In this document: piece after piece, positions 22,014 to 34,925 of the stretch
Numbering within the stretch: position 1 is the stretch's first letter
How the letters are laid out: each line of letters starts with the position of its first letter
Assembly: GCA_030390025.1 (NCBI GenBank)
Contig: CM059432.1
Span: forward strand, 4,154,001 to 4,218,000
Source of the DNA: Squalus acanthias
Taxonomy: Eukaryota
Direction of reading: 5' to 3'
DNA: 64,000 nucleotides
Program-made: the position numbers and the translations under genes
The notes under the pieces: generated by a model
Told to the model about the DNA's origin: nothing
Seen by the model: only the letters and a program-made list of their open reading frames with translations
Database searches by the model: none

Positions 22014-23092
22014 AAATAAAAACAGGAAAGGCTGGAAACACTCAGCAGGTCAGGCAGCATCTGTGGACAGAGAAACAAAGGGCTGGATTTTACCTTTCAG
22101 TGCGGCCTAGAGTCGGGACAGCTTCCTTCCGGGTTCTGAACCCGCCCCCAACGATGCCCGACGCACAGACGCTAATTTGCGTCAATTGGCCTTGTTAACC
22201 CCGCCCTGCAGGCTTGCCGACCAATTAGAAAAAAGCTGGTGTCAGATGACGTCAGTTGATGACACGTCATCTGCCGGTTTTCTCAAAGGGGCCATGCTCA
22301 ATTTTTTTTGACAGGTGATTTTTCAGTGTTTGACAGCATTGAGGTGCTGCAAACACTGACAATCACTTTACAAAGGTGAGCCCTTGCATCTGGGCTCTCC
22401 AGTGACTCCCTCCTTAGGCTAGAACAGATGGCAGCTGCAGGTGAAGTTACAGAAGCGATCTGTCACTGGTAAGAGAGGTTCTCCCAATGAGGTGGGACTT
22501 CACAAAGACTTCAAAACTTGTTACCTACAGAAAAGTCTAAATACATAAAAATGATTTTCCCAACATTTCTTACCTCTGAAACTCACCAGTGTACCATGGG
22601 ATCCTTCACACCACTTCTGCAGCTGTCATCAATGAAGAAACCTTACAGTAGACCCACAGCACACCACACTTACCCTGGCGTGGTGTCCGGACATCGGGAA
22701 GCCTGCAGTACACCTGTCAAAATTGGAAAAAGCCTGTTAACTGCCTGTTAACTAGCAGTTAAGTGGCTATAATCCTCTTCCCGCCGCTAGGTGTCGGGTC
22801 CCTGCGCAAATCGGGGACCCGACACTTGGGAAGATTGTTTGGAGGCGAGTTGACAGCAGGTCAATCTTTGCAATTTTACCACCTCCAAACCCACGCCGGC
22901 AAAATTCCCCCCAGAGTTAACGTCTCAGGTCGATGACCTTTCATCAGAACTGGAAAAAGTTGGAGATGGAACAGGTTTTTAAGCAAGTGCAGGGGCAGGG
23001 AAAGGGGGGAGGGGAGGAAAGAACAAAAGGGAAGGTCTGTGATAGGGTGGAAGGCAGGAGAGATTAAATGACAAAAGGGGTGATGGGGCGAG
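22014..23092 (-). mobile_element. Penelope-associated 3' repeat split by a Harbinger MITE
   Basis: 22014-22079 and 22913-23092 join into the same repeat as 28695-28915. Confidence 0.78.
22080..22912 (+). mobile_element. Harbinger non-autonomous element, family C-related
   Basis: Ends GGGCTGGATTTT ... AAAATTCCCCCC, flanks aaa/aga; internal cagcattgaggtgctgcaaacactgacaat matches 58577-58605. Confidence 0.72.
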
Positions 23093-23230
23093 AGGATGTT
23101 TCAATGAGATCGCCTCTCATTCTTCTAAACTCGAGGGAAAATAGGTCGAGTCTCCTCAATGGTTCATTCGTTTTAAAAGTGCAAATGCAGCAATTTTGTG
23201 AAACTCGGGGAGGTTGAGGGCTTTTTTAAA

Positions 23231-23622
23231 TTCGTTTATGGGCATCGTCAGAAAGGCCAGCATTTATTGCCCATCCCTAATTGCCCTGGAGAAGGTGGTG
23301 GCCCAACTGAGTGTCCTGCTAGGCCATTTCAGAGGGCAGTTAAGAGTCAACCACATTGCTGTGGGTCTGGAGTCACATATCGGCCAGACCGGGTAATTAC
23401 GGCAGATTTCCTTCCTTAAAGGACATCAGTGAACCAGATGGGTTTTTACAACAATCCGGTAGTTTCAATGGTCACCATCACTGATACTAGCTTTTTTATT
23501 TAATTAACTGAATTTAAATTCCCCAGCTGCCGTGGTGGGATTTGAACTCACGTCTACTGGATCATTAGTCCAGGCATGCTGGATTACTAGCCCAGTGACG
23601 TTACCACTATGCTACCGTTCCC
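23231..23622 (-). mobile_element. Second tRNA-derived SINE family
   Basis: Minus strand head gggaacggtagcatagtggtaa (A box) and gagttcaaatcc (B box); tail ccaccaccttctccagggcaattagggatgggcaataaatgctggcc. Confidence 0.8.
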
Positions 23623-24089
23623 GCGGTGAGCTACCATTCTTGTGGCGATTCGCAACCCGCGGCGTATCTCTCCCTCACCATAGGTTGCTGAGTTACTGAC
23701 TCATTAACAAGGTCGAGCGCCATTAAACTCGCCGTGAATTTCCCAGTAAATTCTCGGCCAATAAATTGTTCTTTTATTTTGTTAAATGGAACATAGCAGC
23801 TGTAGGGAGGGAGGTCAAATTATAGAAGGTGAAGTGGGAGGGGGGGGGGTCGATACCCCTCCTTAGCAAAGTCCGCTTTAACTACAGTTGATACTCTTTC
23901 CAGTTGTACCATTGACCCAATGGATGAGTGTTTAGATTAATTACAGGCTCACCTTAACACCAGCAAATACCTGTGCCTTTAATTAATCCTACCTGAGACG
24001 CCACCACATTAGAACATCAGAAAGGCCAAATGTACACCGATATCCCACGACACCAAAAGTCACTAGCAGATGTTTCCAGTCTTTTAAAT

Positions 24090-24460
24090 AAGGTGAAAAA
24101 GGGTCTGGGCAGAGTGGATAGCGAGAAACTGTTCCCATTGTCGGAAGGTTGGAGAACCAGAGGACACAGATTTAAGGTGATTGGCAAAAGAACCAAAGGC
24201 GACATGAGGAAAATCTTTTTTACGCAGCGAGTGGTTAGGATCTGGAATGCACTGCCTGAAAGGGTGGTGGAGGCAGATTCAATCACGGCTTTCAAAAGGG
24301 AGTTGGATAAGTACCTGAAAGAAAACATTTTGCAGGGCTACGGGGAAAGGGCAGGGGAGTGGGACTAGCTGAAGTGCTCTTGCAGAGAGCCGGCACGGGC
24401 TTGACGGGCCGAATGGTCTCCTTCTGTGCTGTAACCATTCTATGATTCTTTGATTCTATG
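24090..24460 (+). mobile_element. CR1 LINE 3' end
   Basis: RTRGHRFKV...FFTQRVVRIWNALP...GEWD plus ttctatga tail. Confidence 0.85.
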
Positions 24461-24530
24461 AAACAGACCACTTCCCTGTCAAACTAGAAGTCCGAACACA
24501 ACAGCTGATAATCCTTGTTGCTTCGAGAGT

Positions 24531-25070
24531 CAATGTATAAAGTCAGGAGTGTGATGGAATACTCTCCACTTGCCTGGATGAGTGCAGCTCCAACAACACA
24601 CAAGACGCTCGACAACATCCAGGACAAAGCAGCCTGCTTGATTGACACCCCATCCCCCACCTTAAACATTCACTCCCTCCACCACCGGCGTGCCGTGGCT
24701 GCAGTGTGTACCATCCACAAGATGCACTGCAGCAACTCGCCAAGGCTTCTTCGGCAGCACCTCCCAAACCCGCGACCTCTACCACCTAGAAGGACAAGGG
24801 CAGCAGGCGCATGGGAACACCACCACCTCCAAGTTCCACTCCAAGTCACACACCAGCCTGACTTGGAAATATATCGGCCGTTCCTTCACCGTCGCTGGGT
24901 CAAAATCCTGGAACTCCCTCCCTAACAGCACTGTGGGAGCACCTTCACCACACGGACTGCAGCGGTTCAAGAAGGCGGCTCACCATCACCTTCTCAAGGG
25001 CAATTAGGGATGGGCAATAAATGCCAGCCTAGCCAGTGACGCCCAGATCCCAGGAACGAATGAAAAAAAT
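24531..25070 (+). mobile_element. Second-family LINE 3' end
   Basis: YKVRSVMEYSPLAWMSAAPTT...KKAAHHHLLKGN* then aataaa and A-rich end. Confidence 0.85.
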
Positions 25071-25382
25071 AAAGCACGTCTTCTTTTAATTTGTCTGGTC
25101 TCGTGTAGTCCGATTTCAATTTTGCACTACACTTCATCGCATCTCCATTGATCATCGCCGAATATTTTCTGTGACAGCAAACATCATTTCAGAACTTGTA
25201 GCGTTACTACTTAACTGTAGTCATGGTTACTGCGAGTCATGTATGAAAATACATTTTTCTTGATGAACAGTGCCTGAATGCCCTGTGCCTTTAGAGTGTA
25301 TCATTATTACTAATAATGACAATCTTTTCTCATGTAGGTTCTCCGTATTTTAAAATCCAGCGCTCCGGAAAGAACAATTCCT

Positions 25383-25782
25383 AACAACTTTTATTTCTAT
25401 AGCGCCTTTAACGTAGTAAAACATCACAAGGTGCTTCACAGAAGCGATTATCAGACAAAATTTGACACCGAGCCACATAAGGAGCTATTAGGGCAGGAGA
25501 CCAAAAGCTTTGTCAAAGAGGGAGGTTTTAAGGAGCGTCTTAAAGGAGGAGCGAGAGGTAGAGAGGCGGAGAGGTTTAGGGAGGGAATTCCAGAGCTTAG
25601 GGCCTCGGCAGCTGAAGGCACGGCCGCCAATGGTGGAGCGATGGAAATCGGGGACGCGAAAGAGGCCGGAACTGGAGGAGCGCAGAGAGCTCGGAGGGTT
25701 GTGGGGCTGGAGAAGATTACAGAGATAGGGAGGGGGGCGAGAGGCCATGGAGTGATTTGAAAAGAAGGATGAGAATTTTAAA
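25383..25782 (-). mobile_element. L2 LINE 3' end
   Basis: PPYLCNLLQPHNPPSSLRSS...IGGRAFSC.GPKLWNSLP...FKTLLKT. Confidence 0.85.
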
Positions 25783-26377
25783 AACACATTTTGTCTTTTC
25801 GGCACATTCAAATGCATCTAGAATCGTTAACTTGATATTTTATACTCAGCTCGGGCAAAAAAAAATTACACTCTGCTGAGCATTATTCTGTATGCTCTTC
25901 GTATTGCTTCCATTATTTGCAATGCACAGCCCAGGGACTTAGTAAATCATTTAGATTTTACCAACTCAAAATATTTAAATGATGCAAGAGTTGAACATGA
26001 TGATTTTTCTGTTTGCTTATCAAAGGATCATGATTCAGGAGCTCTGTCGGTATGATATTCATTTCCCTTTCAGAGGGTTTGAGTCTGAATCACGTGTTTA
26101 ACTGCCGTTTGATCTTGGCTACCCTCTATGGGTGAGCTTTGCCATTTCGCTATTTGCTTGCTGGGTGGAATAGGAACATAGGAACTGGAGGAAGCCATTC
26201 AGCCCCTCGAGCCTGTTCCGCCATTCAGTTAGATCATGGCTGATCAGCATCTTAGCTCCATTTACCTGACTTGGTTCTGTAACCCCTAATGCCTAACATA
26301 AAATCTATCAGTCTCCGTTTTTGGAATGCCTCACGACAGCAGAGCACTGCATCTCATAGAATACAATCATAGAATGG

Positions 26378-26572
26378 TTTCTTCTCAGGCAGTCCCTCGG
26401 AACCGAGGATGACTTGCTTCCACATTAAAAATGAGTTCTCAGGTGACTGATGAGTCCAATGCAGGACCTGCAGTCTCTGTCACAGGTGGGGCAGACGGTG
26501 GTTGAAGGGGTGGGTGGGTGGGGTGCTTGGGTTGACGTGTGCTCCTTGCGCTGCCTGCGCTTGGCTTCCATG
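26378..26572 (-). mobile_element. RTE-clade-like LINE 3' end
   Basis: C-terminal zinc finger CPTCDRDCRSCIGLISHLRTHF* followed by a short UTR ending in aagaa. Confidence 0.6.
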
Positions 26573-26644
26573 TGGTAGCTGGTGTGCAACGGCCACCCCA
26601 CGTTAAAAGAATTCACGCACAGGCATCTTCCACCCTTTAAAATG

Positions 26645-27523
26645 AAAGAATGGTTACAGCACGGAAGGAGGCCATTCGGTCCGTCGAGCCCGTGCCGGCT
26701 CTCTGCAAGAGCACTTCAGCTAGTCCCACTCCCCCGCCCTTTCCCCGTAACCCTGCAAAAAAAATTCTTTCAAGTACTTATCCAACTCCCTTTTGAAAGC
26801 CGTGATTGAATCTTCCTCCACCACCCTTTCAGGCAGTGCATTACAGATCCTAACCACTCGCTGCATAAAAAATCTTTTCCTCATGTCTCCTTTGGTTCTT
26901 TTGTCAATCATCTTAAACCTGTGTCCTGTATTCACTAGAGTTTAGAAGAATGAGAGGGGATCTCATTGAAACGTATAAAATTCTGACAGGGCTAGACAGA
27001 CTGGATGCAGGGAGGATGTTTCCCTGGGCTGGGGGGTGTCTAGAACGAGGGGTCACAGTCTCAGGATACGGGGTAGGACATTTAGGACTGAGATGAGGAG
27101 AAATTTCTTCACTCAGAGGGTGGTGAACCTGTGGAATTCTCTACCACAGAAGGCTGTGGAGGCCAAGTCACTGAATATATTTAAGAAGGAGATAGATAGA
27201 TTTCTAGACGCAAGGGGTATGGGGAGAGAGCGGGAATATGGTATTGAGATAGAGGATCAGCCATGATCATATTGAATGGCGGAGCAGGCTCGAAGGGCCG
27301 AATGGTCTACTACTGCTCCTATTTTTCTATGTTTCTATGTCCTCTGGTTCTCAACTCCTCTGCCAATGGGAACAATTTCTCTCCATCGACTCTGTCTCAT
27401 GATTTTGAACACCTCTATCAAATCTCCTCTCAATCTTCTCTGTTCCAAGGAGAACAACCCCTGCTTCTCCAGTCTATCCACGTAACTGAAGTCCCTCATC
27501 CCAGGAGTCATTCTCGCAAATCT
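26645..27523. mobile_element. Minus-strand CR1 3' end interrupted by a plus-strand CR1 3' end (~26928-27337)
   Basis: Minus copy reads across the insert (aaacctgtgtcct|ctggttctc); both carry FFxQRVV..WNxLP. Confidence 0.78.
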
Positions 27524-28396
27524 ATTCTTGTTATCAAATCCCTCCATGGCCTTGCCCCCTCCCTAGCTCTGTAATCTCTTCCAGCCCTACAACCCTCCGC
27601 GATCTCTGCGCTCCTCCAAATTCTGGCCTCTTGAGCATCCCCGATTTTAATCGCTCCACCACTGGCGGCCGTGCCTTCAGCCGCCTGGGCCCTAAGCTCT
27701 GGGATTCCCTCCCTAAACCTCTCCGCATCTCTACCTCTCTCTCCTCCTTTAAGACACTTCTTAAGAGCCTCCTGTGGCTCAGTGGGTAGCACACTTAACT
27801 CTGAGTCATGAAGGTTGTGGGTTCAAGTACCCACGCCAGGGACTTGAGCACATAAAGCTAGGTTGACACTCCAGTGCAGTGCTGAGGGAGTGCTGCACTG
27901 TCGGAGGTGCCGTCTTTCGGATGAGACATTAAACCGAGGCCCCGTCTGCTCTCTCAGGTGGATGTAAAAGATCCCACGGCCACTATTTCGAAGGAGAGCA
28001 GGGGAGTTCTCCCCGGTGTCCTGGGGCCAATATTTATCCCTCAACCAACATAACAAAAACAGATTATCTGGTCATTATCACATTGCTGTTTGTGGGAGCT
28101 TGCTGTGTACAAATTGGCTGCCGCATTTCCTACATTACAACAGTGACTACACTTCAAAAAGTACTTCATTTGCAGTAAAGCGCTTTGAGACGTCCGGTGG
28201 TCGTGAAAAGTGCTACAGAAATGCAAGCCTTTCTTTTTCTTTCTTTTAAAACCTACCTCAGACCAAGCTTTTGGTCACCTGTCCTAATATCTCCTTATGT
28301 GGCTCGGTGTCAAATTTTGTTTGATAATCGCTCCTGTGAAGCGCCTTGGGACGTGTTACTACGTTAAAGGCGCTATATAAATACAGGTTGTTGTTG
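27524..28396 (+). mobile_element. L2 3' end split by a SINE
   Basis: IKSLHGLAPS..; ttcttaa at 27764 resumes as aacctacctc at ~28250; ends ggttgttgttg. Confidence 0.8.
27767..28247 (+). mobile_element. Deu-domain tRNA-SINE
   Basis: Same head, core and tail as 2352-2822. Confidence 0.88.
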
Positions 28397-28667
28397 TGAG
28401 ATAGAAAAACCTGGCATGGAAACTTTTTCTGGGGATTCCAGTCAGAAAACTGTCAACTGATTTGGAGCAACAGTGACATGGACTAAGGAGCCAGCTCAAA
28501 ACGATCCTACTGGCTGAAGCAGAGAGGTGGATAAAGGTGCCAAAAATGAAATGAATAATAATTTGCAAAAACCCTAAATGCTCGTTGTGATGCTACTGTG
28601 GAAAACAGCATTTCTTTTAATAAATGTGTTAAAAATTTGTATTTATATTTATAATTTTTTTAACAAA

Positions 28668-28915
28668 ATTAAAATACTGCGGATGCTGGAAATTATAAAA
28701 TAAAAACAGAAAATGCTGGAAACGCTCAGCAGGTCAGGCAGCATCCGTGGAGAGAAAAACGGAGTTAACGTTTCATGTCTGTGACCCTTCGTCAGAACTG
28801 GAAAAGGTTAGAGATGGAACAGGTTTTTAAGCAAGTGTAAGGGCGGGGAAAGGGAGGAGGGGAGGAAAGAACAAAAGGAAAGGTCTGTGATAGGGTGGAA
28901 GGCAGGAGAGATTTT
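28668..28915 (-). mobile_element. Penelope-associated terminal repeat with hammerhead motif at 28763-28799
   Basis: Reverse complement agttCTGACGAagggtcacagacatGAAAcgttaact; homologous to 41010-41203. Confidence 0.78.
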
Positions 28916-29004
28916 ATAATTTATAGATTATATTTCATTTTTTTTTGTTCACAGATTTCTGGGAATCTGTTTCCTTATCAATGTCAATTTCCTTTCACAG
29001 ATGA

Positions 29005-29563
29005 AGCCGCAGCTGGAATACTGCGTGCAGTTCTGGTCACCACATTACAGGAAGGATGTGATTGCATCGAGGGGGTGCAGAGGAGATTTACGAGGATGTT
29101 GCCTGGGCTGGAGAATTTTAGCTATGATGAAAGATTGGATAGACTGGGGTTGTTTTCTTTGGAACAGAGGAGGCTGAGGGGAGATTTAATTGAGGGGTAT
29201 AAAATTATGAGAGGCCTAGATAGTGTGGATAGTAAGGACCTATTTCCCTTAGCAGAGAGGTCAATAACCAGGGGGCATAGATTTAAAGTAATTGGTTGGA
29301 GGTTTAGACGGGATTTGAGGAGAACTTTTTTCACCCAGAGGGTGGTGGGGGTCTGGAACTCACTGCCTGAAAGGGTGGTAGAGGCAGAGACCCTCATCAC
29401 ATTTAAAAAGTACTTGGATATGCACTTGAAGTGCCGTAACCTACAGGGCTACGGACCAAGAGCTGGAAAGTGGGATTAGGCTGGATAGCTCTTTGTCGGC
29501 CGGCACGGACAAGATGGGCCGAATGGCCTCCTTCTGTGCCGTAAATTTCTATGATTCTATGAT
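29005..29563 (+). mobile_element. CR1 LINE 3' end
   Basis: VQRRFTRMLPGLENFSYDERLDRLGLFSLEQRRLRGD...GKWD plus ttctatga tail. Confidence 0.88.
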
Positions 29564-30761
29564 GAGCACTTTAAAAGACTGCAGCTTATGTTATCTGTGA
29601 CACTGTGTTTATCTGTCAGATTTCCCATTACAATTGACCGGTTGAAATTTAAATGATTGGATACGCCACACAGGATTCAGGAGATGATTGGTCACTGAGC
29701 AACTACGCTGATGAAATCTAAACCGGCATCTGTCAAACATCAGCCAACATCTGCGGTCTTTTGCCGGTGCCGTTGTTTCGAGTCATTGGTGCATCGCTGT
29801 ATATGCAAATCGTTTCTTTTTTTTTTACATCTCTACAATCAGCCGCCGGATAATTATTATTTTCGCTGCCAGTCGGAAGCCTTTATTTTTGCCTTGAACA
29901 TACGCAGTCTGGCCGAATCCAGATATAATGGAGAGGAAACCAGCGCGCTTAGCTTCGCAAATCAGTGAAGCGTTGTCTCATTAATGGGACGACAAAAGCA
30001 AATCTGCTGCGTTTGTACTGGCGCTCGATGAACACATCTAACAGATAACGGTGACAACGCACATCTTGTAGCAGAGTGCGCGCTGCTTTATCGTGCATCC
30101 GGGAAACCAGGTCGTATGTTGCTGCTGCATCGGAAACAATTAGGGCACCTTTTTACAGGGACAGATTTTTTTTTTTTTTAAATCATCTAATTAGGTAAAA
30201 GGGACAAGATGAGACATCATCAGTTGAGTCTAATTCACTTGTTTCAGTGAAAACTGCTGGGTCTGATCCCAGCTTGCTGCCTTTCTTGTCGACATGGTTC
30301 ATTAATTATGCAGCGCCTTCTCATATCTTATGCACGAAAGTTAGCAAAAATGATGAAGGCGCTTATCAATATACATTAGCGGCGTGCAAGGAGCCAGGCT
30401 AATTGAGGATTACAGGCCAGCAGAACGAGGGCTTTCGAACCGCAACCAAGTGCATTTGGTCAGAATATTTGGTTTAATGATGATAGAAAGTTCTGAATGA
30501 TTACAGAGCACTCCGCCACCAAGAAAGGCAAAAGCAATAGGAGGGGTGTGAGGAGTCGTGAATAATAACAATAATATATGAGTCCATGCAGGGCAAAAAT
30601 GTAAAGAAAATATATAGCGCCTACGTTTCTCATAAATAAATTATATCTGATCTTCTCAGAAACAGTTTTCAAAAGTGTTGGAGCTAGCTTGCACAGTACT
30701 TTAAAAATACATATGTTTAAATAAAGGTGATTAGGAATGGTGATTTTGAGTAATTTACATC

Positions 30762-31463
30762 GGATTATATAGGATATACGGCACAGAAACAGGCCATTCG
30801 GCCCAACCAGTCCATGCTGCCGTTTATGCTCCACACGAGCCTCCTCCCGTCTTTCCTCATCTAACTCTATCAGCGTAACCCTCTATTCCCTTCTCCCTCA
30901 TATGCTTGTCTAGCCTCCCCTTAAATGCATCTATACTATTCACCTCAACCACTCCCTGTGGTAGCGAGTTCCACATTCTCACCACTCTTTGGGTAAAGAA
31001 GTTTCTTCTGAATTCCCTATTGGATTTCTTGGTGACTATCTTATATTGATGGCCTCTAGTTATGCTCTTCCCCACAAGTGGAAACACTCTCTCTGTATCC
31101 ACTCTATCAAAACCTTTCACAATTTTAAAGACCTCTATTAGGTCACCCCTCAGCCTGTTTCAAGAGAAAAGAGACCCAGCCTGTTCATCCTTTCCTGATA
31201 TGTATACCCTCGCATTTCTGGTATCATCCTTGTAAATCTTCTCTGCACCCTCTCCAGTGCCTCTATATCCTATTTATAATATGGCGACCAGAACTGTACA
31301 CAGTACGCCAAGTGTGGTCTAACCAAGGTTCGATACAGGTTTAGCATAACTTCCCTACTTTTCAATTCTATCCCTCTAGAAATCAACCCTAGTGCCTGGT
31401 TTGCTTTTTTTATGGCCTTGCTCACCTGTGTCGCAACTTTTAGTGATTTGTGTATTTGTACTC
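30762..31463 (-). mobile_element. CR1 LINE 3' portion
   Basis: Same subfamily as 57720-58184; LGVQIHKSLK...FFTQRVVRMWNSLP. Confidence 0.87.
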
Positions 31464-31465
31464 CG

Positions 31466-32624
31466 AGCAAATGCAACGCCACTATTCAAGAAAGGAGGGA
31501 GAGAGAAAACGGGAAACTACAGACCAGTTAGCCTGACATCAGTAGTAGGGAAAATGGTAGAATCTATTATTAAGGACGTGGTAACAGGGCACTTAGAAAA
31601 TAGTAATAGGATTGGGCAGAGTCAACACGGATTTATGAAAGGGAAATCGTGTTTGACGAATTTCAGGTTGTAACTAGCAGAATAGATAAGGGGGAACCAG
31701 TGGATGTGGTGTATTTGGATTTTCAGAAGGCATTCGATAAGGTGCCACACAAGAGGTTATTGAACAAAATTAGGGCTCATGGGATTGGGGGTAATATACT
31801 AGCATGGATTGAGGATTGGTTAGTGGACAGAAAACAGAGAGTAGGAATAAACGGGTCATTTTCGGGTTGGCAGGCTGCAACAAGTGGGGGATCAGTGCTT
31901 GGGCCTCAGCTATTCACAATCTACATCAATGATTTAGATGAGGGGACCAAATGTAATATATCCAAGTTTGCTGATGATACAAAGCTGGGTGGGAATGTAA
32001 GTTGTGAGGAGGATGCAAGGAGGCTTCAAGGGGATATAGACAGGCTAAGTGAGTGGGCAAGAACATGGCAAATGGAATATAATGCGGAGAAATGTGAAGT
32101 TATCCACTTTGGTAGGAAAAATAGAAAAGCAGAGTATTTTTTAAATGGTGAGAGATTGGGAAATGTTGGTGTTCAGAGGGACCTGGGTGTCCTTGTACAC
32201 GAATCACTGAACATTAACATGCAGGTACAGCAAGCAATTAGGAAAGCAAATGGTATGTTGGCCTTTATTACAAGAGGATTTGAGTATAAGAGTAAAGACA
32301 TCTTACTGCAATTATATAGGGCCCTAGTGAGGCCATACCTGGAGTATTGTGTACAGTTTTGGTCTCCTTACCTATGGAAGGATATACTTGCCATAGAGGG
32401 GGTGCAACAAAGGTTCACCAGACTGATTCCTCGGATGGGGGGCTTTTCCTATGAGGACAGATTGAGTAGACTAGGCCTACATTCTCTGGAGTTTAGAAGA
32501 ATGAGAGGTGATCTCAATGAAACATACACAATTCTTAGAGGGCTTGACAGGGTAGATGCAGGGAGGATGTTTCCCCTGGCTGGGGAATCTAGAACCAGGG
32601 GTTACAGTCTCAGAATAAGGGGTC
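31466..32624 (+). mobile_element. CR1 LINE copy C (RT); tail displaced to 33157-33300 (-) and 39624-39716 (+)
   Basis: VDVVYLDFQKAFDKVPH and KFADDTK in the 348-aa ORF; small deletions. Confidence 0.88.
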
Positions 32625-33302
32625 TTCACTCAGAGGGTAGTAGGTCTGTGGAATTTGTTGCCCCAGGAAGCTGTGGAAGCTACATCATTAAATAAATTTT
32701 AAACAGAAATAGACAGTTTCCTAGAAGTAAAGGGAATTAGGGGTTACGGGGAGCGGGCAGGAAATTGGACATGAGGCTGAGTTTGGATCGGTCAAGGCCC
32801 TGTGGGTGGCGGAGCGGGCCCAGGGGCTGAGTGGTCGGGTCCTGCTCCTACTTCTTGTGTTCTTTAGATTTGAGGTTAGGATCAGATCAGCCATGATCTT
32901 ATTGAATGGCGGAGCAGGCTCGAGGGGCCGATTGGCCTACTCCTGCTCCTATTTCTTATGTTCTTATGTTCTTATTAAATACATTTAAAGTGGAGATAGA
33001 CAGATTTTTGCAAGATAAGGGAGTGAAGGGTTATGGGGAGCGGGCTGGGAAGTGGCTTTGAGCCCTAGATCAGCCATGATCTTATTGAATGGCGGGGCAG
33101 GCTCGAGGGGCCGAGTGGCCTATTCCTGCTCCTATTTCTTATGTTCTTATGTTCTTATCCCTTGATTCCCTGAATATCCAAAAATCTATCGATCTCGGTC
33201 TTGAATATACTCAACGACTCAGCCTCCACAGCCCTCTGGGGCAGAGAATTCCAAAGATTCACAACCCTCTGAGTGAAGAAATTTCTCCTCATCTCAGTTT
33301 TG

Positions 33303-34925
33303 AAAGATTATGCCCCCTAGTTCTAGTTTCACCCATCCTTGGGAACATCCTTACCGCATCCACCTGATCAAGCCCCTTCACAATCTTATATGTTTCAATA
33401 AGATCGCCTCTCATTCTTCTGAACTCCAATGAGTAGAGTCCCAATCTACTCAACCTCTCCTCATATGTCCACCACCTCATCCCCGGGATTAACCGAGTGA
33501 ACCTTCTTTGTACTGCCTCGAGAGCAAGTATGTCTTTTCTTAAGTATGGACACCAAAACTGTATGCAGTATTCCAGGTGCGGTCTCACCAATACCTTATA
33601 TAACTGCAGCAATACCTCCCTGTTTTTATAATCTATCCCCCTAGCAATAAAAGCCAACATTCCGTTGGCCTTCTTGATCACCTGCTGCACCTGCATACTA
33701 ACTTTTTGATTTTCTTGCACTAGGACCCCCAGATCCCTTTGTACTGCAGTACTTTCCAGTTTCTCGCCATTAAGATAATAACTTGCTCTCTGATTTTTCC
33801 TGCCAAAGTGCATAACCTCACATTTTCCAATATTGTATTGCATCTGCCAAATCTCCGCCCACTCACCCAGCCTGTCTATATCCCCTTGTAGGTTTTTTAT
33901 GTCCTCCTCACTTTCTACTTTCCCTCCCATCTTTGTATCATCTGCAAACTTTGATATGTTACACTCGGTCCCCTCCTCCAAATCATTAATATAGATTGTA
34001 AAGAGTTGGGGACCCAGCACCGACCCCTGCGGAACACCACTGGCTACTGGTTGCCAGTCCGAGAATGAACCATTTATCCCAACTCTCTGCTTCCTGTTAG
34101 ATAACCAATCCTCCACCCATGCCAGAATATTACCCCCAATCCAGTGATTTTTTATCTTGAGCAATAATCTTTTATGTGGCACCTTGTCGAATGCCTTCTG
34201 GAAGTCTAAATACACTACGTCCACTGGTTCCCCTTTATCCACCCTGTACGTTATGTCCTCAAAGAACTCAAGCAAATTTGTCAGACATGACTTCCCCTTC
34301 ATAAAGCCATGCTGACTTTGTCCTATTAAATTATGTTTCTCTAAATGTTCCGTTACTGTCTCCTTAATAATAGACTCCAAAATTTTACCCACCACAGATG
34401 TTAGGCTAACTGGTCTATAATTTCCAGCCTTCTGCCTACTACCCTTTTTAAATAAGGGTGTTACATTAGCAGTTTTCCAATCTGCCAGGACCTTTGCTGA
34501 GTCCAGGGAATTTTGGAAAATTATTACCAAAGCATCCACAATCCCTACTGCCACTTCCCTCAAGACCCTAGGATGTAAGCCATCAGGTCCAGGGGATTTA
34601 TCCGCCTTGAGTCCCATTATTTTACTGAGTACCAATTCCTTAGTGATTTTAATCGTATTTAGCTCCTCCCCCCCTAGAGCCCCCTGTTTGTCCAGTGTTG
34701 GGATATTCTTAGTGTCCTCTACCGTAAAGATTGAAACAAAATATTTGTTCAGCATTTTTGCCATCTCCATGTTTCCCACCATTAATTTCCCGGTCTCATC
34801 CTCTAAGGGACCTACGTTTGCCTTAACCACCCTTTTTCTTTTTATATAACTATAGAAACTCTTGCTATCTGTTTTTATATCTTTTGCTAATTTGTTTTCA
34901 TAATCTATCTTCCCTTTCTTAATCA
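33303..34925 (-). mobile_element. CR1 LINE copy B (open RT frame); probable tail at ~32625-32972 (+)
   Basis: ORF 33289-34959 (556 aa) carries all RT motifs with no internal stop; its first ~10 codons come from the neighbouring copy. Confidence 0.9.

Noticed and set aside
23623..23759. Old Harbinger terminus ending aaattctcggcc
   Set aside because: No partner TIR located; too degenerate to call.
29711..29968. 85-aa ORF in the repeat-free island
   Set aside because: No protein-like motif, and it crosses a poly-T run; more likely non-coding.
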